The translations under genes were made by a program, and so were the position numbers. A DNA stretch of 46,219 nucleotides, from IMG/VR virus record IMGVR_UViG_3300011337_000466, positions 1-46,219 of that record. One strand, 5' to 3'. Each line of letters starts with the position of its first letter. Within the stretch, counting starts at the first letter, position 1. The notes beneath the pieces are model-generated. The model was given only the letters and a program-made list of their open reading frames with translations. It was not told the origin of the DNA and ran no database searches. Positions 36,844 to 44,894 of the stretch are shown one piece after another. The DNA is from a virus. Lineage: Duplodnaviria; Caudoviricetes.

Positions 36844-38565
36844 TTAGTTTTTTGCAAAAATCGCATCTAAAACACCGATCGGTTTAACTACTTCTATTTT
36901 TTCTGTTGATCCTTGCAAAACGGCTACAGCAATAGCCCATGAGATAACAACGTCGTCGTTAGAACCAACGCTGGCTTGTGGTTTACCACGTTTATCACGC
37001 ACAAAGGTAAGTATTTCATCAAGTAATGGACGACAATTAATCATCTCTGTAGAGTTAAAATGCTTCTTAGCTTCACCCAACATAAAGTCACGATTTTTCT
37101 TGTTTGTCAACCATCCGTATGACTGAGTTGGTTCTTTGGTAATGCGATCTATTTCAGTGCGTATGTAGATGTTTGGGTAGCCTGAGTTACGCACCTCGGT
37201 GTTAACCCAGTTACCATCTTTGTTGAACTCTATTGCCAAGAGCGCATTATTGTAGCGCTTACCGAGTGCCATGATAAGTTGTGAAAACTCATCAGGTTCA
37301 ATATGTCCACGATACAATGCTTTTACTTGTTTGTCAAATCCAAGTACAACAGCTACTGTATAGTCTCCGTTCAGTAATCCTTCTGCAACGTCAGCGCCAA
37401 TAACATATTTTCTGCCAGGACGCACATTATCATAAATATATAAATCACCCTTGTCGTCTTTCTCGAAGTTACCATTAATAAATGAATACCGTTGGTAGTT
37501 ATTATCACATCTGTCTAAGAATGCAGCAGCCTTGCGTGATGAGAAGTATGGTGAACCTGAAGAAAGAAATGCTTCCATCGGATGTGTCGGGTACTCTTGA
37601 TGGAGTTTGTCGATGTCCTTGTTAGCATTGATGTACTTCAAATAATAGAAGTTCATCTCTTTGTCAGAGAGTTCGTTTTCTTCTTGATACTCCTTCCAGT
37701 TTATTTCACACTCTTCCATCTCGTGAACCTGTATAATTCCATCTAATGCAGCCGCTTCTATTTCTTCGGTATCCCACTTCCAGTTATAGAAAGCTGTTTT
37801 GAAGTGTGCTTTTGAAAGTGCTGGGGTTACTGTATCCCTGATCTTCCACGCTGGCATAAAGATGTCATAAAACAATCCACTGGCCCCTTCTGCGGTAGAT
37901 TCTATAATAGCTTGACCTCCTATAGGAATAGCGGGAAGTGTTCCTGTTACTATTTCCTCAGCGCGACCCTGATAGAGTTTAGCAAGCTTACCCAACTCAG
38001 AAATGTGAACACCCACAGAGAAAGTACCAGAGCGTGCGGAGTTAGACACACCAATAGCAGAGACACTACCATCAGGGTAAGAAAATTGCTGACGTGAGGC
38101 CTTAGCTTGCGACATGTCGAGGATTCCTTTAAGAGCTGGACAAAAGTTTTTGATTGCATAAATAATTTTACGATTAAAGATCTCGTTAGCGTCTTTGAGA
38201 GTATGCGCAATCTGTAGCGCTTCTGAGTTCGGTCTAAAAATAACTTGGTCTAGGAAGTATAAACTAATAAGTGTTGTGAAGCCAAGCTGTCGTGATTTTA
38301 ATATTGCTATTTTCTTATATCCTGCTGCTAGGTAATTCTCAAAGAAGTGAAGTTGAGGTTTGTTTAATTTGAATAATGCCTTTCTTCCGTCTTTGGTCAT
38401 TATGTAGTACAAATGCTGAAGACGCCACAACGTAGCGTCCTTGGAGATGAATGTATTGAAATGAAACGTAATCAAATAGTCTACCTGTAAGTCTATTGGT
38501 AGGTTTTTAACAATTACTTTCTTACCGTCAAGTTCGGTTTGTACATTGAGTAGGGAGTCGATCAC
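36844..38565 (-). CDS. terL: terminase large subunit
   Basis: ILKSRQLGFTT Walker A, HISE Walker B, IIESTAEG, IGADVAEG, AIEFN and NDDVVIS nuclease motifs; probable leaderless GTG start at 38565. Confidence 0.95.
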   Translation of the reverse strand: MIDSLLNVQTELDGKKVIVKNLPIDLQVDYLITFHFNTFISKDATLWRLQHLYYIMTKDGRKALFKLNKPQLHFFENYLAAGYKKIAILKSRQLGFTTLISLYFLDQVIFRPNSEALQIAHTLKDANEIFNRKIIYAIKNFCPALKGILDMSQAKASRQQFSYPDGSVSAIGVSNSARSGTFSVGVHISELGKLAKLYQGRAEEIVTGTLPAIPIGGQAIIESTAEGASGLFYDIFMPAWKIRDTVTPALSKAHFKTAFYNWKWDTEEIEAAALDGIIQVHEMEECEINWKEYQEENELSDKEMNFYYLKYINANKDIDKLHQEYPTHPMEAFLSSGSPYFSSRKAAAFLDRCDNNYQRYSFINGNFEKDDKGDLYIYDNVRPGRKYVIGADVAEGLLNGDYTVAVVLGFDKQVKALYRGHIEPDEFSQLIMALGKRYNNALLAIEFNKDGNWVNTEVRNSGYPNIYIRTEIDRITKEPTQSYGWLTNKKNRDFMLGEAKKHFNSTEMINCRPLLDEILTFVRDKRGKPQASVGSNDDVVISWAIAVAVLQGSTEKIEVVKPIGVLDAIFAKN

Positions 38566-38647
38566 TTGTTTATAATAACACATTTATAAATTTTGTACAG
38601 TCTAGCTTGACTACTTATTTTGTGATATGATATAATGTTTTTACAAA

Positions 38648-38915
38648 TGTATATTAGTTTGGGTTTTGAGTGAGGCGGTAGGAAAGACCTCACTATAATA
38701 AAGAGTATATAAGCACTATAGGTACGCGCCACCTCACCTAGAGTAAGAGAAAACCTTATGTACGACGATCCGCAGGTGACATCAGAAACTATTACCAAGC
38801 TATCTCTTAAACAATGCTTGGGGAAACTTATACTTCGGCTCCGACAAAGGTAACCATAAGAATAGGAACAAACACCTTGGGTATGAAAATATCATGGTGC
38901 CAAACGAACTATACA
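38648..38915 (+). ncRNA. putative ~270-nt structured RNA divergent from terL
   Basis: TTGACT-18-TATAAT promoter (38607-38636); 5'/3' closing pairs; several internal stems; no credible ORF. Confidence 0.55.
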
Positions 38916-39051
38916 CACATAAAATTTTTAAAAGCACTGGTGGTGTAGCCTTTTTCTTTCCTTCTCACCAACAAAGGGCTTATAAAATAAGGGTTAAACA
39001 GAGACAACAACACAAATTGAGGTTTCGACCAAACTTTGCTATCATATTACT

Positions 39052-39285
39052 ATGAATAAAATAAAGTTTAACAAGATGAAAGAAAACGAAAGAGCCTTGT
39101 TTAAATTTTGTTATGAAAATGAAATACACTTCGATCAATACAATATGTACCATTACCGCCTATTCTACAAAGGTAATATACTAGATGTCTGGCCAGTGAG
39201 CCGTAAATATTGGAACAATAAAATGAGTTGCTCACGGGTTTACAAAAAGGTTTCTGACATTAAACCATACATACTGATCGATTGA
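39052..39285 (+). CDS. hypothetical protein (leaderless)
   Basis: YHYRL...LDVWP motif; TGcTATCAT 6 nt upstream. Confidence 0.7.
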   Translation: MNKIKFNKMKENERALFKFCYENEIHFDQYNMYHYRLFYKGNILDVWPVSRKYWNNKMSCSRVYKKVSDIKPYILID

Positions 39286-39314
39286 CAAACTAGCCAAATA
39301 TTGTATAATGTATA

Positions 39315-39418
39315 TATCAACGCACTTACATTGTGAGGAATGCAGAGATACGAACAAGAGCTTTTGCTCTTTTTTCGTTAATGGTTACATATGATTACCA
39401 CCTTTACGGGTGGTTTTT
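39315..39418 (+). ncRNA. putative ~100-nt small RNA
   Basis: TTGACA-16-TATAAT promoter, two hairpins, and terminator ACCACC...GGTGGT-TTTT. Confidence 0.45.
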
Positions 39419-39441
39419 CATGTGTTATCATATGCAAATAT

Positions 39442-39512
39442 CGCGGGGTAGAGTAGAGGTAACTCACGAGGCTCATAACCTCGGGACACAGGTTCGATTC
39501 CTGTCTCCGCTA
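39442..39512 (+). tRNA. tRNA-Met(CAT), initiator type
   Basis: Full cloverleaf with CTCATAA loop and TTCGATT T-loop; C1:U72 mismatch and A11-U24; no encoded CCA. Confidence 0.92.
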
Positions 39513-39513
39513 C

Positions 39514-39828
39514 ATGAAAGATCTAATAATCAAGAGTTACTTTTACCTCAACCAAGGAGTCTCAGTCCTTAACCAGTTTCGTAACTTATTCCTAGCAGTA
39601 TTTGGGGTGTACCTAACTCTTAAGTTGACAAATCCATTAAGTATGGTGGTGATGTTTTTAGTAAGTATTCCTATTTTAATAGCTGTTGGGTATTACAATA
39701 TTCATAAGGTAGCGAAGGTATCTGAACAGCTTAGTGTAAAACATGGGACGCATTATGGTATCAAACAGTTTGAGTTAATGGAAGAACAGGTGAGGTTATT
39801 GAAGGAGATTAAAGAGAAGCTTTCTTAA
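39514..39828 (+). CDS. two-TM membrane protein
   Basis: Two hydrophobic helices; starts 2 nt after the tRNA. Confidence 0.75.
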   Translation: MKDLIIKSYFYLNQGVSVLNQFRNLFLAVFGVYLTLKLTNPLSMVVMFLVSIPILIAVGYYNIHKVAKVSEQLSVKHGTHYGIKQFELMEEQVRLLKEIKEKLS

Positions 39829-39997
39829 GCTTACTAGCACTCCTAGTAACCCCATACTTTTTAACAATATTATATATTTGTCTTTCGGTGACTTTCCACT
39901 TAGTTGCGATGTCTTTAACTGTCATTTGCCGGCTGGTGTAGTTACCTATAATATCTTTCTCGGCTCCGATGATGCCGTACAGAAATGTTTTATTCAT
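39809..39997 (-). CDS. small HTH DNA-binding protein
   Basis: TVKDIATKWKVTERQIYNIVKK helix-turn-helix. Confidence 0.75.
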   Translation of the reverse strand: MNKTFLYGIIGAEKDIIGNYTSRQMTVKDIATKWKVTERQIYNIVKKYGVTRSASKLKKASL

Positions 39998-40250
39998 ATA
40001 AGTAATATAACATACCTTTTTCGAAAATGGTAGTGGGTGGTGTTACGGACTGTACAGGATTCTTTTTTCTTTTTGTATGGGTAGGGGTTAAGAAAGGGTG
40101 GTGGCGGGGGTCGTGTTTTGCATTGACATTTCTAAAAGTTATTGTGCTATATGAAGAACAATACCACTAGTATACATAGTATGTCAATATGAAATCATAG
40201 AGTAACAATATCTATTTGACGACTCTAAAGAATTTGACTGTTATTGCTGT

Positions 40251-40691
40251 CTATTTTTCTTCTTCAATATCCTCCTTGTCTTGTAGTACTTCCTGCACCT
40301 GTGACGCATTCTGTGCCCATGCAGTGCGTGTTACATTGCCGTTCTTGTCCGTTGATTCTTTGAGTGTGACTTTAGGTGTGAGTGCTGTGTATATTGCTGT
40401 GAGGTTTTTACCTATTCGTGACGCTGTTTCAGCCATAACTAAGTCTTTTGGCTCTTTTTGTAGTGCTTCGTTCACTATTTCCTGCACAATAAACAAATTA
40501 GTGTTGTTTTTGTCAAGTATCTGCTTTTGTACGATAGCGTAAGTCTTTGTATTCTCGATAAGTGATGGTCTGCGTGATGTTGTTTCGCTGTAGCCTGCCA
40601 CTAGTGCGCTCTCCATCTTGTTTGCTCCCGCTAATCTATTGTGTATATATTCCGTAACATTTTTTTGTGCATCTTCCTGTGAGTGCTTCAT
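40251..40691 (-). CDS. terS: terminase small subunit (probable)
   Basis: NKMESALVAGYSETTS resembles the A..AGYS motif of TerS. Confidence 0.65.
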   Translation of the reverse strand: MKHSQEDAQKNVTEYIHNRLAGANKMESALVAGYSETTSRRPSLIENTKTYAIVQKQILDKNNTNLFIVQEIVNEALQKEPKDLVMAETASRIGKNLTAIYTALTPKVTLKESTDKNGNVTRTAWAQNASQVQEVLQDKEDIEEEK

Positions 40692-40775
40692 ATCTGATAA
40701 CTATACCACATAAATTGTTATTACACAACAAAAAACACCACTGTCAAGCGGTATTCTTTGTGCAAATAATTCGCA

Positions 40776-40934
40776 TTATATATTTTCTAATGTAACCTTG
40801 TATTTATTCTTGTCTATCGTAAAAGTCCACTCAAATACACTATTAACGTCTTTGTCTATAATCTTTCCTTTGACATACTTTCCGCCGCTATTGTATATCA
40901 AGTCATCAATCAATTCCTCCATGTGTTTTGTCAT
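40776..40934 (-). CDS. hypothetical protein
   Basis: ATG 40934 with AATAAT context. Confidence 0.6.
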   Translation of the reverse strand: MTKHMEELIDDLIYNSGGKYVKGKIIDKDVNSVFEWTFTIDKNKYKVTLENI

Positions 40935-40957
40935 ATTATTCTTGCGAATGATTCGCA

Positions 40958-41146
40958 TTATATAAACGCTTTTACTGTTTCAGAAAGTTGATAATTATTA
41001 TATTCCGCTACTCTCTTCGCATGGTCAACAGCTTGATTAAGAGCTATAAACTTTTCTAGCTTTCTATGATGTTCTCCGTATGCTGTCTGCATAATCATCA
41101 TAGTGTAAAAATACTTCCTTTGTTTTTGTATTGTTATTTTTGTCAT
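40958..41146 (-). CDS. hypothetical protein
   Basis: 62-aa ORF in the small-gene cluster. Confidence 0.6.
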   Translation of the reverse strand: MTKITIQKQRKYFYTMMIMQTAYGEHHRKLEKFIALNQAVDHAKRVAEYNNYQLSETVKAFI

Positions 41147-41354
41147 AGTTTTATTAGTTATATATAATCATTCTTCCTTAACCACTCCACACACACCCAC
41201 AACCCGTACACTGATAACACTATTTGTACAGCTATTGACATACTAGTAAGGTTTTATTTGTATAAGTGTCCAGCAGTTCAAATTCTTGCATGTCCCTGTG
41301 TTAAGATACCCACAATACTCACATTGTTTGATGTTTAAGTTGTTGATATTCATA

Positions 41355-41819
41355 TTAGTTTTTTACTACATAGTCCTGTAACTGTACAATAGTCTGTTCA
41401 ACAAGATTGTCATAATACACCGCACACGCTTCACTAATAGAGCTACAGCCGTATTCCTCCATATAAGACATGATATCACTTTCGTTGAACATGTTCAGAT
41501 ACTCAAGGCGGACAGATGTATATATACTAGCGAAGCCATCTCGCTCTAGCTCTTGCATAACCTCGTACACCTCCATGTCGATAAACTTTTCTAATGTAAT
41601 GTCATTATCAGCGAGAAAAGCCACAGCATCATATAATACATCATAATTTAGATTATTATCACCAGAAGCAATACCATCATCGCTGTAAACTAAGTTGACC
41701 AGAAAGTCCTTAAGCTCTCCGCTTTCTAACTTGATATAAGTATAATAATCCTCCTTACCCTCATTTCTCTCTTTCCTGTCCATGCTATCTAGTAGCATTG
41801 TGTATGTTTCATTAGTCAT
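41355..41819 (-). CDS. highly acidic protein, Ocr-like DNA-mimic candidate
   Basis: About 33 D/E versus about 10 K/R in 154 aa; ASIYT..RLEYL segment; early-type gene cluster. Confidence 0.55.
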   Translation of the reverse strand: MTNETYTMLLDSMDRKERNEGKEDYYTYIKLESGELKDFLVNLVYSDDGIASGDNNLNYDVLYDAVAFLADNDITLEKFIDMEVYEVMQELERDGFASIYTSVRLEYLNMFNESDIMSYMEEYGCSSISEACAVYYDNLVEQTIVQLQDYVVKN

Positions 41820-41932
41820 TATATTTGTAATTAGTATTATTTTTGTAACATTCCTCATCTAACGCGCAACCGCCCCACATAATCACCCATAATCCTACGA
41901 GTAGCAATATAGCCGTTATAAGTTGTTTCATA

Positions 41933-42130
41933 TTATTGATATAAATTAGCGTAATGCTTCATTATTTCGATACGTCTATTTACTTTTCTAACGTACTCTT
42001 GTAATACTTTGTCACCGCTTTCATTTGCTATTTCTTGCATTGCACACTTTGCCATGATTATAAAGTTGTGTGCTGTCTGATCATTTGTATAATGCGTGGC
42101 AATATTATATTTTGTTATTGTATTTTTCAT
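41933..42130 (-). CDS. hypothetical protein
   Basis: 65-aa ORF. Confidence 0.6.
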   Translation of the reverse strand: MKNTITKYNIATHYTNDQTAHNFIIMAKCAMQEIANESGDKVLQEYVRKVNRRIEIMKHYANLYQ

Positions 42131-42232
42131 GGTTATTTAATACCTCTCATCATTACCTTAGCTATTAAGTCCCCCTTAGTCATTACACGCGCCCGCATTT
42201 CCTTGTAGTGTTGCTCTTTTGTTTTGTACATA

Positions 42233-42598
42233 TTAGATAGTAGCTAGCATACCCTGTAATTCAAGCATTGTGTCTTTGAGTGGTGAAGACTCGAGTGTAA
42301 ACAACTCGCGCCCTTGTGCTTGCTGTCTCTTTTGTTCCTGTGTAAACTCCTCCGCTAATCTATCCGCATACTTCGCAAGCATTGAGTCATACAAAGCTAG
42401 TTTTTTATCGCTCCATCTTGATGGCTTAATACTTAACCCTGTACCAGTAAACATCACTATACTTGTGAAATTGCCCTTTTTTTCTGTCGGCTGTATATTG
42501 ACATGATATCTTTTTGTAAACTCATTTTTTCTTCCTTCTATTAGTAGATACTTTTCTTCTCCGTTATCTAACTTTTGTATATTATATTTTTTAACCAT
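42233..42598 (-). CDS. hypothetical protein, first gene of the small-gene cluster
   Basis: 121 aa; promoter-like TTGCTT...TAGACT upstream. Confidence 0.7.
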   Translation of the reverse strand: MVKKYNIQKLDNGEEKYLLIEGRKNEFTKRYHVNIQPTEKKGNFTSIVMFTGTGLSIKPSRWSDKKLALYDSMLAKYADRLAEEFTQEQKRQQAQGRELFTLESSPLKDTMLELQGMLATI

Positions 42599-42764
42599 AT
42601 GTTTTTAATTATATGAGTGCCCCCAAGCTCTCATGACTCCAGTCTACATCTCATAAGCATAAAAGCAAGAAAAGTTATACACACAATAATGCAACACAAA
42701 ATAGCACATGTCAATGTGCTTATTCTATAAGTGTTTTTATTCTATTTTACTTTACAAACTAAAA

Positions 42765-42817
42765 ACTTGTTTTAACAAGTAGAACTTGTTCTACGCGTAA
42801 GAGCAAGTCTTACTTGC
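42765..42817. repeat. cluster of ACTTGY/RCAAGT inverted repeats
   Basis: Five copies forming overlapping palindromes. Confidence 0.6.
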
Positions 42818-43227
42818 TATAGTTTCTCATCAAACACCCCGAGCAGTATCATATTGTTATTAATGAAATCTTGCAGTGTTCTTGGCTTATCTTCACTGTT
42901 TCGTATCTCATTAACTAACTCTATAAGTCCTGCTTCAAAGCTACTTGGCAACGGTCTACTAGTATCTTGACAATACTGCCAAAGTGTTGCCCCATTAGTA
43001 ACACCTCTACACCACACATCTATCAAATCGTCAATAGTATATATCGGCATTTTAGCACTCAATAATTCTGTCACTCTGTCAATAGTATTATTCGCAACAA
43101 TGTCCTTCATATCCTGCTCAGTAAAAAAAGGACTTGGAATTTCTGGGATTGATCTAATAGGCGATTCAGAATTTGAATTTTGGTTCGGATCAGATTTGGA
43201 TTTTTTGTTAGGATTTTGTTTTGGCAT
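42817..43227 (-). CDS. hypothetical protein
   Basis: Probable start MPKQNPNKK at 43227. Confidence 0.7.
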   Translation of the reverse strand: MPKQNPNKKSKSDPNQNSNSESPIRSIPEIPSPFFTEQDMKDIVANNTIDRVTELLSAKMPIYTIDDLIDVWCRGVTNGATLWQYCQDTSRPLPSSFEAGLIELVNEIRNSEDKPRTLQDFINNNMILLGVFDEKL

Positions 43228-43423
43228 GTTTTTCTTTTTCAATGAGCGCTTCGTATCGAGATAGTAGTCTCTCGGCTTCTTGGAAATGCTTGAGCGATTC
43301 ATTACCTTTGGTTGCTCTCGCTATTCTTAAATGTTTGTTAACATTCTTTTGTCTTCGTAATGCTTGGTAGTGTATGCGTTGGTATTCTTTAATTTTTTCT
43401 GGTGTTAATGTTTCTTTATTCAT
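43208..43423 (-). CDS. small basic helical protein
   Basis: 71-aa ORF. Confidence 0.65.
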   Translation of the reverse strand: MNKETLTPEKIKEYQRIHYQALRRQKNVNKHLRIARATKGNESLKHFQEAERLLSRYEALIEKEKHAKTKS

Positions 43424-43606
43424 ATTAGAACTTTATTACAGGCAGCCTACTATCGTGGATCCACTGTAGTGCTGTGTTGATTGCTTTCTTTAATGATTCT
43501 GTCATATTTCATAGGTAGCCACTTATGTTTTATCGGATCTGGTTCTTCGTAAAAAGGACTTAACTTCCAATCATCAGTGGCTGATTTAGCGTCGTAATAA
43601 AGTGGA

Positions 43607-44011
43607 TTAGAACGGTGGTTCGTCTTCTCCTGCTGGGTTGCTGGGAATTTGTGTTGGTGTTTGTGGTTTATATCCCTCCCTTAACCCACCAAGACTAGCC
43701 ACCGCATTCCTTAGTTGCATAATTTCTACTTCAATAGCAGATACCCGCATCGCAAGTTTATCTTCTGCCTTTGGTACCTCGTAGTTTAAAAAGTCACCGT
43801 TTTGTTTTACAATAACATCAACTTGATCTCCTTCTTTCCAGTTCTCGTTCTCACGTCCCTTGAATCCTGATAGCCACTTGTCTCCGTATTCTACACACTT
43901 CACAGACAACTTAGAATAAGGCTTACCTAACTTACTCATAAGTGGTGTGCCGTCTTTGTTTTTATCAGTTACGAAGACACGTGTTAATGTTATTTTGGTG
44001 ATTTGATTCAT
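43607..44011 (-). CDS. OB-fold single-stranded DNA-binding-like protein
   Basis: GKPYSKLSVK...WLSGF...WKEGDQV strands and an acidic-aromatic tail EDEPPF. Confidence 0.6.
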   Translation of the reverse strand: MNQITKITLTRVFVTDKNKDGTPLMSKLGKPYSKLSVKCVEYGDKWLSGFKGRENENWKEGDQVDVIVKQNGDFLNYEVPKAEDKLAMRVSAIEVEIMQLRNAVASLGGLREGYKPQTPTQIPSNPAGEDEPPF

Positions 44012-44038
44012 GTTATTTATTTTGTTTGTTTTAGTATC

Positions 44039-44170
44039 GGAGAAACACTGGTGAAGAGAGGCTAACCTCAGCTGTACAATTGGCAGTCCTAGTTTAACAT
44101 GTTCTTATCTAGCCCAATTGCTAGGAACTCATGTAACGTGTTAGTTAGTCCCCTCCATCAGTGCTTCTCC
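44039..44170 (-). ncRNA. Structured RNA element C (~27-bp closing helix, two inner hairpins with complementary loops)
   Basis: Arms 44039-44066 and 44144-44170; loops AAUUGG and CCAAUU. Confidence 0.65.
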
Positions 44171-44275
44171 TAAAAGTGGATTTAATTCAGTTACGATTTA
44201 TTTCCTTGGCTTAGGGGCCATTTACATAATAGCACAATTAATAATTATTTCCAGTAACATGTGGGGACAACTACA

Positions 44276-44437
44276 CTAAAATTCATCTAAATTCCACTTA
44301 TTGTCAGTAACACTTGTCAAATGGTATTTAAAACACCTATCACATTTATACACTCGAAGTCTCTTATTGCGATAAAAATATATTTTATTTTTCATCGCTT
44401 CCGCACCGGATTTTGAATATGATTGTTTGTTACACAT
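44276..44437 (-). CDS. small zinc-binding protein
   Basis: Manual translation MCNKQSY...RLRVYKCDRCFKYHLTS. Confidence 0.6.
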   Translation of the reverse strand: MCNKQSYSKSGAEAMKNKIYFYRNKRLRVYKCDRCFKYHLTSVTDNKWNLDEF

Positions 44438-44555
44438 TTTTATGTTGTAATTATTTATCTTCTTTTATGGAATATGGTACTAATCTACGACTAAATGTAA
44501 GACATGCAGGACAGTCACATCCTGATACTGTTGGGGGGGTAAGTTAATGAGGGGA

Positions 44556-44774
44556 TCATACTCTTAGGTTGTTGATTGACTCATCTATGTCATTACTTCT
44601 AATAAATGCTTCACCTTCTAGGAAGTACGCAGTAGGTTTCTTGTGCACCTCTTTCTCCACTAAATCTAGTACAAAGTTCACTACTTTAGTATTGTGCTCG
44701 GATACATTAATAGCACCATCAAAAGTTTCTATTTCACTGTTTTTCTCCAAAAAGTTCTTTAAGTCGTTAGTCAT
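44556..44774 (-). CDS. hypothetical protein
   Basis: 72-aa ORF. Confidence 0.6.
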   Translation of the reverse strand: MTNDLKNFLEKNSEIETFDGAINVSEHNTKVVNFVLDLVEKEVHKKPTAYFLEGEAFIRSNDIDESINNLRV

Positions 44775-44894
44775 GGTTAAAAATTAATGTTAGTTGGTAT
44801 TGGTTCTAAACATAAACAACATCTATGTTTACCTTTTATTCCACACGGTGGGTTTTCCTTTAAAAAACAATGTGTGTGATCTATTTTGTTGTAG

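Noticed and set aside
38816-38845. Group II intron domain V-like GGGAAAC...CGGCTC
   Set aside because: The matching 5' GAGCCG arm is absent, and no interrupted gene flanks it.
39333-39572. 79-aa ORF
   Set aside because: It runs through a terminator and the tRNA; likely spurious.
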